Shown here piece after piece: positions 36,781-48,399 of a stretch of DNA of 64,000 nt. The notes beneath the pieces are model-generated. The model worked only from the letters and a program-made list of their open reading frames with translations, did no database searches and was not told the DNA's origin. The position numbers and the translations under genes are program-made. The stretch's first letter is position 1. The number at the start of each line of letters is the position of its first letter. The stretch is from the human T2T-CHM13v2.0 reference genome, Homo sapiens. The stretch is from NCBI RefSeq assembly GCF_009914755.1, contig NC_060934.1; one strand, 5' to 3'.

Positions 36781-38060
36781 AGAGAAGATGGCCAAGCATG
36801 TGCCCAATTCAGTGTTGTGTATGTGTCTGGGTAACACATACACCCATTGCAGTCAGTCACTTGTTTGCAGAAGCAATTTTCAGAAAGGTTGTAATGAACA
36901 AAATGTTTCAGATATTTTGGAGGATAGACTGTGCAGTGACCTCCACATATGAAATAGGAAACCCTCCAGATTACAGGGAGGAAAATTGCATGAAGAAGCA
37001 TGGTATGCCCATGAATCACATGGCTCAGCAGATTATCAAAGAAGACTTTACCACATTTGATTATATACCATATATCAATGAAAGCAACTTGAGAGATTTG
37101 AATAGAAAATTTCCTCAAGTTAAAAACTGCAAAGCTAAAATTGAACTACTTGGGTGCTATGATTCACCAAAACAACTTGTTATTGAAAACCCCTGTTAAG
37201 GGAATGACCCTGACTTTGAGATGGTATACCAGCAATGTGTCAGGTGCTGCAGAGCATTCTTGGAAAAGGCCCACCGAGGCTGGGCTTATGCCCTGCTGCA
37301 GCCAACAGTGACAAGACCCCACCTGAGGTTCTGCATTTCTCAGTCAGTGTGCTAAAGTGCAATAATGTTCTACAGCTTGATACCCCAGCTCTTCCTTTAG
37401 TTGACTTACTGTTTCTTATCTTAAAAAATAATTGTAGATGGAAATCAGTTGTGTTTGGCTGAACAATAAATAAAAATATTTGATTCAGACAGTTTATGGG
37501 GTATATTAAGCATTCTTGGACTAGTTGAACCTTTCACTTTGGCCCAATTACAAGACTAGTGGAACATACAACATATAGGGCAATAAATTAAAGCAAAATA
37601 AAGTAAAACATCACTTGAAGACCTATGTAACATCTAAGCCCATCAAGACTTAGAGAATTTAGTCTACCTCTTCAATTAATTTGTGTGAATAGCTTGATGA
37701 AGGACAAGTGCCCTCCACTCACCTACGCTGTCTCTCTCTTTTAGCCCATGGAGCTCATAGTCTGGATTAGAATTATTTTAATTCACTCACACCGATAGTG
37801 CACAATTGTATATTTAAAAGATAAGAAAGAGAGGAAAATGTATTAAATCAATATTTGGCACTTTTCATACCTCTTAATTTTTGTCTAGGTTATTTCATGA
37901 GGAGGAATATAGACCATAGCTAAACCAGAATAGAAGTATTCCTCTTTGCTGTTCTATATGTCTGTTGAGTGATATGTCTATATTTACATCCACATGTAAC
38001 CCAAATGTCAAATACAAATTTACTTAGGTGATAAAAAACAATTTAAAAGTTGAAAAAAAA
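36781..38060 (+). pseudogene. Processed pseudogene of ACP1 (low-molecular-weight phosphotyrosine phosphatase), fast isoform; CDS remnant 36788-37277 plus about 780 nt of 3'UTR and a short A tail
   Basis: ATG at 36788 reads MAKHVPNSVLCMCLGN (ACP1: MAEQATKSVLFVCLGN). It continues WRIDCAVTSTYEIGNPPDY...KEDFTTFDY...ESNLRDLNRK...CKAKIELLGCYD...[30 protein letters not shown]. It has no introns, has frameshifts, and has a premature TAA at 37197-37199. Downstream sequence resembles the ACP1 3'UTR as recalled and ends in A8 at 38053-38060. Confidence 0.93.
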
Positions 38061-39765
38061 TACCACAAAACATTGCTAAAAAGAAATTAAAGGCACAAAT
38101 AAATAGACATCTTATGCTAATGGATTGGAAGACTTAATATTTTAAGATGGCAATACTGTTCAGAATGATCTACTAATTCAATGCAATCTCTAACAAAATT
38201 CCAATGACATTTTTTGTAGAAATAAAAAAAACTAAAATTGGTACAAGATTTCAAGGGACCCCCAAATAGCCAAAACGTCTTGGAAAAAAACACAATTGAA
38301 GGTCTCACATTTTATGATTTCCAAATGTAATTCAAAGCTATGATAATAAAAAACAATGTAGTATTGGTAGGAAGACAGATATATAGACCAGTGGAATAGA
38401 CTAGTGATCCCTGAAATAAACCCTCTTGGGTATGGTCAAATGATTTTCGATGAGGGTGCCAAGACAATTCAAAGAAGAAAGGATAGTCTTTCAACAAATC
38501 GTAATGGGAAAACTGGATATCCACATGCAGAAAAATGCAGCTGTACCCTTGCCTTACACCATACACAAAAATTAACTCAAACTGGCTCAAAGATTTAAAT
38601 TTAACACTAAAATCATAAAACTCCCAGAAGAAAACATAGAGGAAAGCTTTATGACGTTAGATTTGGCAATGAATATTATACCTAAAGTACAGGCAACAAG
38701 AGACAAAGGGATAATCTGGACTTCATCAAAATTAAAAACTTTTCTGCATCAAAAGACACTATCAGCAGAGTGAAAAGGCAACCTGCTAATAGAAAAATAT
38801 TTGTAAATCATATATATGATAATGGATTAATATCTGGAATGTATAAAGAACCCCTTCAACTTAATAACAAAGAAAACCCATAAATGATTCAATTAAAAAT
38901 AGACAAAGAACTTGAATAACATTTCTCCAAAGGAGATATGCAAATTTGACAATAAACACATACAAATGCACAAAATTTTAAATTGTGGAAATGCAAACCA
39001 TAACCACAATGAGATGCTACTTCACATCCATTGAAATGGCTATTTAAAAAAACAGACAAACAAACAAAAAGCAGATAACAACAAGTGTCGGCAACAATTT
39101 GGAGAAATTGGATTTCTTGTGCATTGCTGGTGGGAATGTAAAATGATGCAGCTGCTGTAGAAAACTGTATGGTTATTCTTCAAAAAAATTAAACATAGGA
39201 TTACCATATGATCCAGCAATTTTACTTCTGGGTATATACACCGAAGAATTAAAAGCAGGCATTGAACAGGTATTTGTACACCCATGTTTATAACGGTAGT
39301 ATTTACAACAGCTAAAATGTGAAAGCAATCCAAGATTCCACTGATAGATGAATGGATAAATAAAATATGATATATACATTCAATGTGATATTATTCAGCC
39401 TTAAAAAGGAAGGATATTCTTACACAAGCTACAACATGGATGAATCTTGAAACCAAGAAAGTGAAATGGAAATAAGCCATTCATAAAAAACAATTGCCAT
39501 ATAATGCTATTAATATGAGGTACCTAGAGTAGTCAAATTTATACAGACAGAAAATAGAATGGTGGTTTCCAGCATCCAGAGAAAATGGGAAATTAGTTCT
39601 TTCATAGGTACAGATTATTAGTTATGCAAGATGAAGTTTTCTGGAGATAGATGGTAATGTTGATTGTGACAATGTGAATATACTTAGTGCCACTAAACTA
39701 TACATTTAGAAATTCTTAAAATAATAGGTTTTATGTTATGTATATTTTACCAATAAAAATTTAAA
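38061..39765 (+). mobile_element. 5'-truncated L1M (MB-like) ORF2 end plus 3'UTR
   Basis: ORF2 C-terminal remnants; 3'UTR ends ttttatgttatgtatattttaccaataaaaa. Confidence 0.85.
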
Positions 39766-42137
39766 TCAGAATAAACACATAATTTAGTAATATCTTCTAA
39801 TACCTAAAGTTGTTCTTAAAACTTGTGAAGTTTATTCAACAAGTAAAAAAATAACAAATTTAAAACTAAATATAGAAGATTATCTACTGAATCAATTAAA
39901 AGTATTAAAATTAACTCCTAAAAAAGAGCACATCAAACAGTTTTATAAAAGAATTAAGGTCAGGGTGTAGGTGGAACAGAACTATATAAGAGCATAACTT
40001 TTGTATATTATTGAACTAAAGTTGGTATTAATCCAACACAAATTGTTATTAAGATGTTAATTGTAGTGTCCTGTGCAACTACTAAGAATATAATAATAAT
40101 AATACATATGATGTGTGTACATATACATATATATATCAAGGGAGTTAAAATGGTAAAGAAAAAATATCCATTTAACACAAAAGAAGGCAGTAACAGAAAA
40201 CATGAGGAACACAAATGATGTAAGTCATATAGAAATCAAATAGCAAAATGGTAGAGCTAAGTCCTTTCTTAGAAATTATATTAAATATAAGTGGATTAAA
40301 CATTTACTTAAAAGTAGAGATTAGCATAATGATTTAAAAAACATGATCCAACTATATGCTCTGTACAGGTGCCTCACTGTGGATTCAGACAAGCACACTG
40401 AAAGAAAAAAGATGGAAAAAGATATTCCATGCAAGTGGTGATAGAATAGGTTGACTATACTTATATCCAACAAAATAGACACATGTGTACATATACACAT
40501 ATGCACTCAACATTACAACACATAAATATGTTATGTAAATTTTGAAAAAACTGAAGGGAGAAATAGCGATACAAGAATACTTGGGGACATCAATGCCCCA
40601 CTTTCAACAATGGAAAGATCATCCAGGCAGAAAGTCAATAAGTAAAAGCAGACTTGCACAACAATATAGACCAGATGGACCTAACAAACATATACAGAAC
40701 ATTCCATCCAATAACCACAGAATACACATTCTTTTTCAACTTTCATGGAACATTCTCCAGGATATATTACCTGTTAGACCACAAAACAAGTTTAACAAAT
40801 TTAAGAAGACTGAAATCATATCAAGTATCTTCACCAGCCACAATGCTATGAAACTAGAAATCAATAACCGGAGGAAAATAAGAAAATTTATAAAATGTGG
40901 AAATTAAACACATCCCTGAAACAACAAGTAGATCATAGAAAAAATCAAAAGGGATACTAAAAAAAATTCTTGAGGCAAATAAAAATGGAAACACAAACAT
41001 ACCAAAAATAATAGGATGCAGCAAGAGCCCCTCTAAGAAGGAAGTTAATGTTGATTAAAACTACATTAAAAAAGAAACCTTTTAAATATTCTAACTTTAT
41101 ATCTCAAGGAACTACAAAAAGAAGAACAAACGAAGCCCAAAGTTAGCAGAAAGAGGAAAATAATAAAGATCGGGGCAGAAATAAATAAAATAGAGACTAG
41201 AAAGACACTACCAAAGGTCAATGAAACTAAGATTGGCTTTTTTGGAAAGATAAACAAAATTGGAAAACCTTTAGCTAGACTAAGAAAAAGGTGGGAAGTT
41301 TCAAAGAAAAAAAATTATAAATGAAAAAGAAGCAACCAATACCACAGAAATAGAAAGGGTCATAAGAGAACACTATAAACAATTTTTCAACAGCAAACTG
41401 AATAATTTCGAAGAAATGGATAAATTTCTAGAAACGTACAACCTACTGAGACTGATTGCTGAAGAAATAGAAAATCTGAGCATACTAATAGTGGGTAATA
41501 AGATTGAAACAGTAATCAGAAACCTCCCAAGAAAGAAAAATGCCAATCCTTCTCAAACACTTCCAAAAAAATTGAAGGGAACACTTTCAAACTCATTTTA
41601 CAAGACCACCATTACACCTTTATATCAAAGCCTGACAAGGAATCTTCAAGAAAAGAAAACTACAGGCTAATATCCCAGATGAGCATAGATGTGCAAATCT
41701 TCAACAAAATGCTAACAAACCTAATTCAATAGCACATTAAAAAAAAAAAAAAACATATCCCATGATCAAGTGGAACTTACCCCCAGGATGCAAGAATGGC
41801 TTAACATACAAAAATCAAGATATGAGATACACTACATTAACAAAATGAGGGAAACAAATTATATATTCATCTCAAAAGATGTAGAAAAATCATTAGAGAA
41901 AATTTAACATCTTTCATGATAAAAATTTTCAGCAAATTAAGACTAAATGTCATGTACCTTAACATCATAAAGGCTATATATGAAGCCTATGGCTAACATC
42001 ATACTCAGCAGTAAAAAGCTAAAAGCATTTCCTGCAAGATCAGGAACAAAACAAGGGTGCCCACTCTCACCATATCTATTCAACATAGAACTGGAAGGCA
42101 TGGTCAGAACAATTAGGCAATACAAAGAAATAAAAGA

Positions 42138-42525
42138 TAAAGAAAATGTGATACATATACACCACGGAATACTATGCAGCCATAAAAAAGAAGAAGATAA
42201 TATTCTTTGCAGCAACATGGATAGAGCTAAAGGCCATTATTCGAAGCAAACTAACAGAGGAACAGAAAACTAAATACCACATGTTTTTACTTATAAATGG
42301 AAGTTAAACAACAAGAACACATGGATAGATACGAGAGGAACAACAGAACTGGGACCTATTTGAGGGTGGAGGTTAGGAGGAAGGAGCGTATCAGAAAAAA
42401 ATGGCTATCAAGTACTATGTTTATCTGAGTGATGAAATTATCTGTACATCAAACCCCCATGACATACAGTTTATCTATAAACAAACCTGTACATGTACCC
42501 CGAACCTAAAAGTTTTTTTTTAAAA
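42138..42525 (+). mobile_element. Older L1PA (PA13-16-like) 3' fragment nested in the L1MA
   Basis: Perfect TSD aaagaaataaaaga at 42124-42137 and 42526-42539. Confidence 0.88.
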
Positions 42526-43945
42526 AAAGAAATAAAAGACATTCAAATCAGAGAGAAAGAAGTAAAACTGCATATATTTGCAGATGACGTGATCTATAAA
42601 GAAAATCCTTGACCTCACCAAACAAATGCAGGAACTAATAATAGTGCAGTAAATTTGCAGGATACAAAATAAACATACAAAAATCAGGAATATTTCTATA
42701 AACTAACAACAACGTATTTGCAAACAAATCAAAAAACAATTCTATTTAAAATAGCATAAAAATAAAATTCTGGTGTATAAATTACACCAAGGAGGTGAAA
42801 AATCTGTATGCCATGCTGTAAACTATAAAACATTGGTGAAAAAACTGAAGAAGACACAAATAAATGGAAAGATGTCCTATATTCATGGATTGGAAAAATT
42901 AATACTATTAATATGTTAATACCACCCAAAGTGATCTATAGATTTGGTATAACCCCTACCAAAATACCAATGACATTCTTCACAGAAATGGAAAAAAAAT
43001 CGTAAAATTCCTGTGACCACAAAAGTCCTCTGAATACCAATGCAATCTTAAACAAGAGAAGCAAATCTGAAGACATCACACTACCTGATTTCGAAATACA
43101 GTATAGAGTATAGTAATTAAAACAATATAGTATTGGCATAAAAACAGATATATAGACGAATGAAAGAGAATACAGCCTAGAAATAAATTCACACATTTAC
43201 AGTCAATTGATCTTTGACAAAGTTGCAAAGAACACACAATGGGGAAGACAGTCTCTTTAGTAAATGATGTTGGAGAAACTGAATATCTGCACACAAAAGA
43301 ATGAAAATAGACTCTTATTTCACACCATACACAAAAATCAACTCAAAATAAATTAAAAACTTAAATGTAAGAGCTGAAGCTGTAAAACTTCCAGAAGAAA
43401 AAAAGCTTTTTGACATTGGTCTGGGGCGTGATTTTTTGGATGTGACCCAAAAGCACAGGCAACAAAAGCAACAATAGATAAATGGGACTGAATCAAATTT
43501 TAAAATCCTATACATAGCAAAGTAAACAATCTACAAAGTGAAGAGACAACTTGCAAAATGACAGAAAATCAAATAATGTGCTAATATCCAAAATATATAA
43601 GGAAATCAAAAACTCACTAACCACAAAACAAATAGTTTAATTTAAAAATGGGCAAGGACCTGAATAGACATTTCTCAAAAGAAGACATATAAATGACCAA
43701 AAGATATACGAAAAAATATTCAACATAACTAATCATCAGGGAAATACAAATGAAAACTACAATGAGGTATCACCTTACACCTGTTAGAATGGCTATGATA
43801 AAAAAAAGACAAAAGATAACAAGTGATGATGAGAATATGGAAAACAGTATGGCAATTTCTCAAAAACTTAAATATAGAAGTACCGTATGATCCAGTGATC
43901 CTACTTCTTAATACAGAGCCAAAGAAGATGAAATCAGTATCTTGA

Positions 43946-44312
<367 letters not shown>

Positions 44313-44354
44313 AGAATCAACCTAACTTTTTATCTGCAAATAATTGGACATTAT

Positions 44355-44690
44355 TGTCCCTTTGTAGGGACATGGATGAAGCTGGAAACCATCATTCTGA
44401 GCAAACTATCGCAAGGACAAAAAAAACAAACACCGCATGTTCTCACTCATAGGTGGGAATTGAACAATGAGAACACATGGACACAGGAAGGGCAACATCA
44501 CACACCGGGGACTGTTGTGGGGTGGGCGGAGGCGGGAGGGATAGCATTGGGAGATATACCTAATGCTAAATGACGAGTTAATGGGTGCAGCACACCAACA
44601 TGGCACATGTATACATATGTAACAAACCTGCACGTTGTGCACATGTACCCTAAAACTTAAAGTATAATAATAATAAAATAAAATAAAAAA
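44355..44690 (+). mobile_element. Young L1PA (PA2/PA3-like) 3' fragment
   Basis: ggggactgttgtgggg...cattgggagatatacctaatgctaaatgacgag...aaagtataataa. Confidence 0.9.
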
Positions 44691-44694
44691 GAAA

Positions 44695-44870
44695 ATGTGA
44701 TATATTATATATGTACATATATAACGTATATAAATGTGATTATATATTATATATACACATATACAATGTACATAATGTAATTATTTGTATATATTATATA
44801 TACATATATAATATATAAATGTGATACATTATATATAATTAATATATACAATATATAAATAAAATATATT
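44695..44870. repeat. Degenerate (TA)n / AT-rich simple repeat
   Basis: Repeated tatat/atataca units. Confidence 0.85.
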
Positions 44871-45375
44871 TCCATTGTGACAACATGGGTGAACCTAGAG
44901 GATATTATGTTACGTTAACTCAAATATTATATTATGTTAACTCAAATAAGCTAGGCACAGAAAGACACATACTGAATGCTCTCACTTATATTTGGAATCT
45001 AAAGAGTCAAACTCATAGAAGCGGAGAGTTTATTGGTTGCCAGAGAATGGTGGTTGCCAGGGACTGGAGTGTGGGGGAATTATGAGCTTTTTGTCAAAGA
45101 GTACAGAATTTCAGTTAGGTATGATGAATAAGATCTGGAGATATAATGTACAGCATGGTGCTATAGTTAATAAAATTGTGTTATACATTTGAGATTGGCT
45201 AAAACAGCAGATCTTAAATATTCTCATCACATGCAAAAAACTGATAACTGTGTGAGGTAACAGATATGTTACTTAGCTTCATTTTAGTAATCATTTCGTA
45301 GTGCACATGCAAACGGTATATTCAATGGAAGAAGAACAGTCTTTTCAACAAATAGTGCTGGAGGAATTAAGTGTC

Positions 45376-47845
45376 TGTATTAGTTTGTTTTCATGCTGCT
45401 GATAAAGACATACCTGAAACTGGGAACAAAAAAAAAAAAGGTTTAATTGGACTTAAAGTTCCAAATGGCTGGGGAGGCCTCAGAATCATGATGGGAGGCA
45501 AAAGGCTCTTCTTACATGGCGTAGGCAAGAGAAAATGAGGGAGAAGCAAAAGCAGAAAGCCCTGATAAACCCATCAGATCTCGTGAGACTATTCGCTATC
45601 ACAAGAATAGCATGGGAAAGGCCGGCCCCCATGATTCAATTACCTCTCCCTGGATCCCTCCTGGGAATTCTGGGAGATACAATTCAAGCTGAGATTTGGA
45701 TGGAGGCAGAGCCAAACCATATTATTCCATTCCTGGCCCCTCCAAATGTCATGTCCTCACATTTCAAAAGGAATCATGCCTTCCCAACAATCCTCCAAAG
45801 TCTTAACTCATTTCAGCATTAATCCAAAAGTTCACAGTCCAAAGTCTCATCTGAGACAAGGCAAGTCCCTTCCACTCATGAGCCTGTAAAATCAAAAGCA
45901 AGCTAGTTACTTCCTAGATACAATGGAGATACAGGTATTGGGTAAATACAGCCATTCTAAATGGGAGAAATTGGCCACAACAAAGGGGTTACAGGGCCCA
46001 TGCAAGTCCGAAATCCAGTGGGCAGTCAGATTTTAAAGCTCCAAAATGATCTCCTTTGACTCCAGGTCTCACATCCAAGACACACTGATGCAAAAGGTTG
46101 GTTTCCATGGTCTTGGGCAACTCCGCCCCTGTGGCTTTGCAGGGTACAGCCTCCCTCATGGCTGCTTTCATGGGCTGGCATTGAGTGTCTGTGGCTTTTC
46201 CAGGCACACGGTGCAAGCTGTTAGTGGATTTACCATTCTGTGGTCAGGAGGATGGTGGCCCTCTTCTCACAGCTCCGCTAGGCAGTGCCCCAGTAGGGAC
46301 TCTGTGTAGGGACTCCACATGACACATTTCCCTTCCGCATTGCCCTAGCAGAGGTTCTCCATGAGGGCCTCGCTTCTGAAGCAAACTTTTGCCTGGGCAT
46401 CCAGGCATTTCTACACATCTTCTGAAATCTAGGCAAAGGTTCTCAAACCTCAACTCCTGACTCCTTGATTTCCACATATGGAGTCCACACCCCAGTAGGG
46501 ACTCCAACCCCACATTTCCCTTCCACACTGCCCTAGCAGAGGTTCTCCATGAGGGCCTTGCCCCCGCAGCAAACTTCTGCCTGGGCATCCAGGCGTTTCT
46601 ATACATCTTCTGAAATCTAGGCAGAGGTTCCTGAACCTCAATTCTTCACTTCTGTGCACCTGCAGGCTCAACACCACGTGAAAGCTGCCAAGGCTTGGGG
46701 CTTCCACCCTCTGAAGCCACAGCCCAAGCTCTGTGTTGGCCCCTTTCAGCCATGGTGGGAGCATTTGGGACACAGGGCACAAAGTCCCTAGGTTGCACAC
46801 AGCACAGGGACCTAGGGCCCAGCCCATGACACCACATTTTGCTCCTGGGCCTCTGGGCCTGTGATGGGAGGGGCTGCCATGAAGGTCTCTGACATGGCCT
46901 GGAGACATTTTCCCCACGGTCTTGGGGATTAACAGTAGGCTCCTTGCTACTTGTGCAAATTTCTGCAGCTGGCTTGAATTTCTCCTCAAAACATGGGTGT
47001 TTCTTTTCTACTGCTTTGTCAGGCAGCAAATTTTCTGAATTTTTATGCTGTTTTCCTTTTAAAATGGAATGCTTTTAACAGCACCCAAGTCACCTCTTGA
47101 ATGCTTTGCTGCTTAGAAATTTCCTCCACCAGATGCCCTAAATCATCTCTCTCAAGTTCAAAGTTTCACAAATCTCTAGGGCAGGGGCGAAATGCCGCTA
47201 GTCTCTTTGCTAAAACATAACAAGAGTCACCTTTGCTCCAGTTCCCGATAAGTTCCTCATCTCCACTTGAGACCACCTCAGCCTGGACCTTATTGTTTGT
47301 TTCACTATCAGCATTTTTGTCAAAGCCATTCAACAAGTCTCTAGGAGGTTCCAAACTTTCCCACATTTTTCTGTCTTCTTCTGAGCCGTCCAAACTGTTC
47401 CAACCTCTGCCTGTTACCCAATTCCAAAGTCGCTTCTACATTTTTGGGTATCTTTTCAGCAATGCCCCTCATTCAGTACCAATTTACTGTATTAGTTTGT
47501 TTTCACACTGCTGATAAAGACATACCCAAAACTGGGAACAAAAAAAAAGTTTTAATTGGACTTACAGTTTCACATGGATGGGGAAGCCTCAGAATCATGG
47601 TGGGAGGTGAAAGGCTCTTCTTACATGGTGGTGGCAAGAGAAAATGAGGAAGAAGCAAAAGCAGAAACCCCTGATAAACCCACATCAGATCTCGTGAGAC
47701 TTATGCACTGTCATGAGAATAGCACAGGAAAGACAGGCCCCTATGATTCAATTACCTCTCCCTGGGTCCCTCCCACAACACGTGGGAATTCTGGGAAATA
47801 TAATTCAGGTTGAGATTCGGGTGGGGGCACAGCCAAACCATATCA
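45376..47845 (-). mobile_element. Complete THE1 (THE1C-like) MaLR provirus: 5' LTR 47488-47845, internal region, 3' LTR 45376-45724
   Basis: Two LTRs (tgatatggtttggc...ctaataca on the minus strand), a purine-rich PPT next to 45724, and a 5-bp TSD gtgtc (45371-45375) / gtatc (47846-47850). Confidence 0.93.
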
Positions 47846-48399
47846 GTATCCATAGACTGAAAAAAAAGCCCTCAGCCTATGCCTCAAACTTCATACAGAA
47901 ATTCACTCAAAATTGATTGTGGAATGAAATGTAAAATGTAAAAATATAAAAATGTTAGGAATTTTAAAACAAGAGAAAATCTTAAGGATCTCTGGATAGA
48001 CAAAGACTTAACATCAAAAGAATGATCCGTGAAAGAACAAATTTCTAAATTTGACCTCATCAAAATTAAAACATTTTCTCAGTGAAAGACCCTGTTTACA
48101 TCAAAATATCATGTTGTATACTGTAAATTTTTATTTGTCAATAATACCTCAAAAAGAAAAAATAAATAAATAAACTTAGCAAAAGATCAGGATAATAGTA
48201 AATGGTTACTTGCTTTATCAATGTTTTTGAGGAAAATATTTAGCCAACTAATTATTGAGCTGGGTTCAAACTCAGTCCACTATTAGAGTCACTGATACTT
48301 TGTTATTTATTAATTATTAAATGGGAAAATTTTAATTAATTGTGTTCTGTTAATTTTTCAGTTAGTCGATTTGCTCTGAATACAATTCTGAAATCCTTT

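Noticed and set aside
36762-37199. 145-aa ORF as a functional phosphatase retrogene
   Set aside because: It starts at GTG out of frame with the true ATG, lacks the CX5R motif in frame and loses DPYY to NPC*.
45989-47393. Several 75-179 aa ORFs
   Set aside because: Typical decayed THE1 internal reading frames, partly repeated by the internal duplication.
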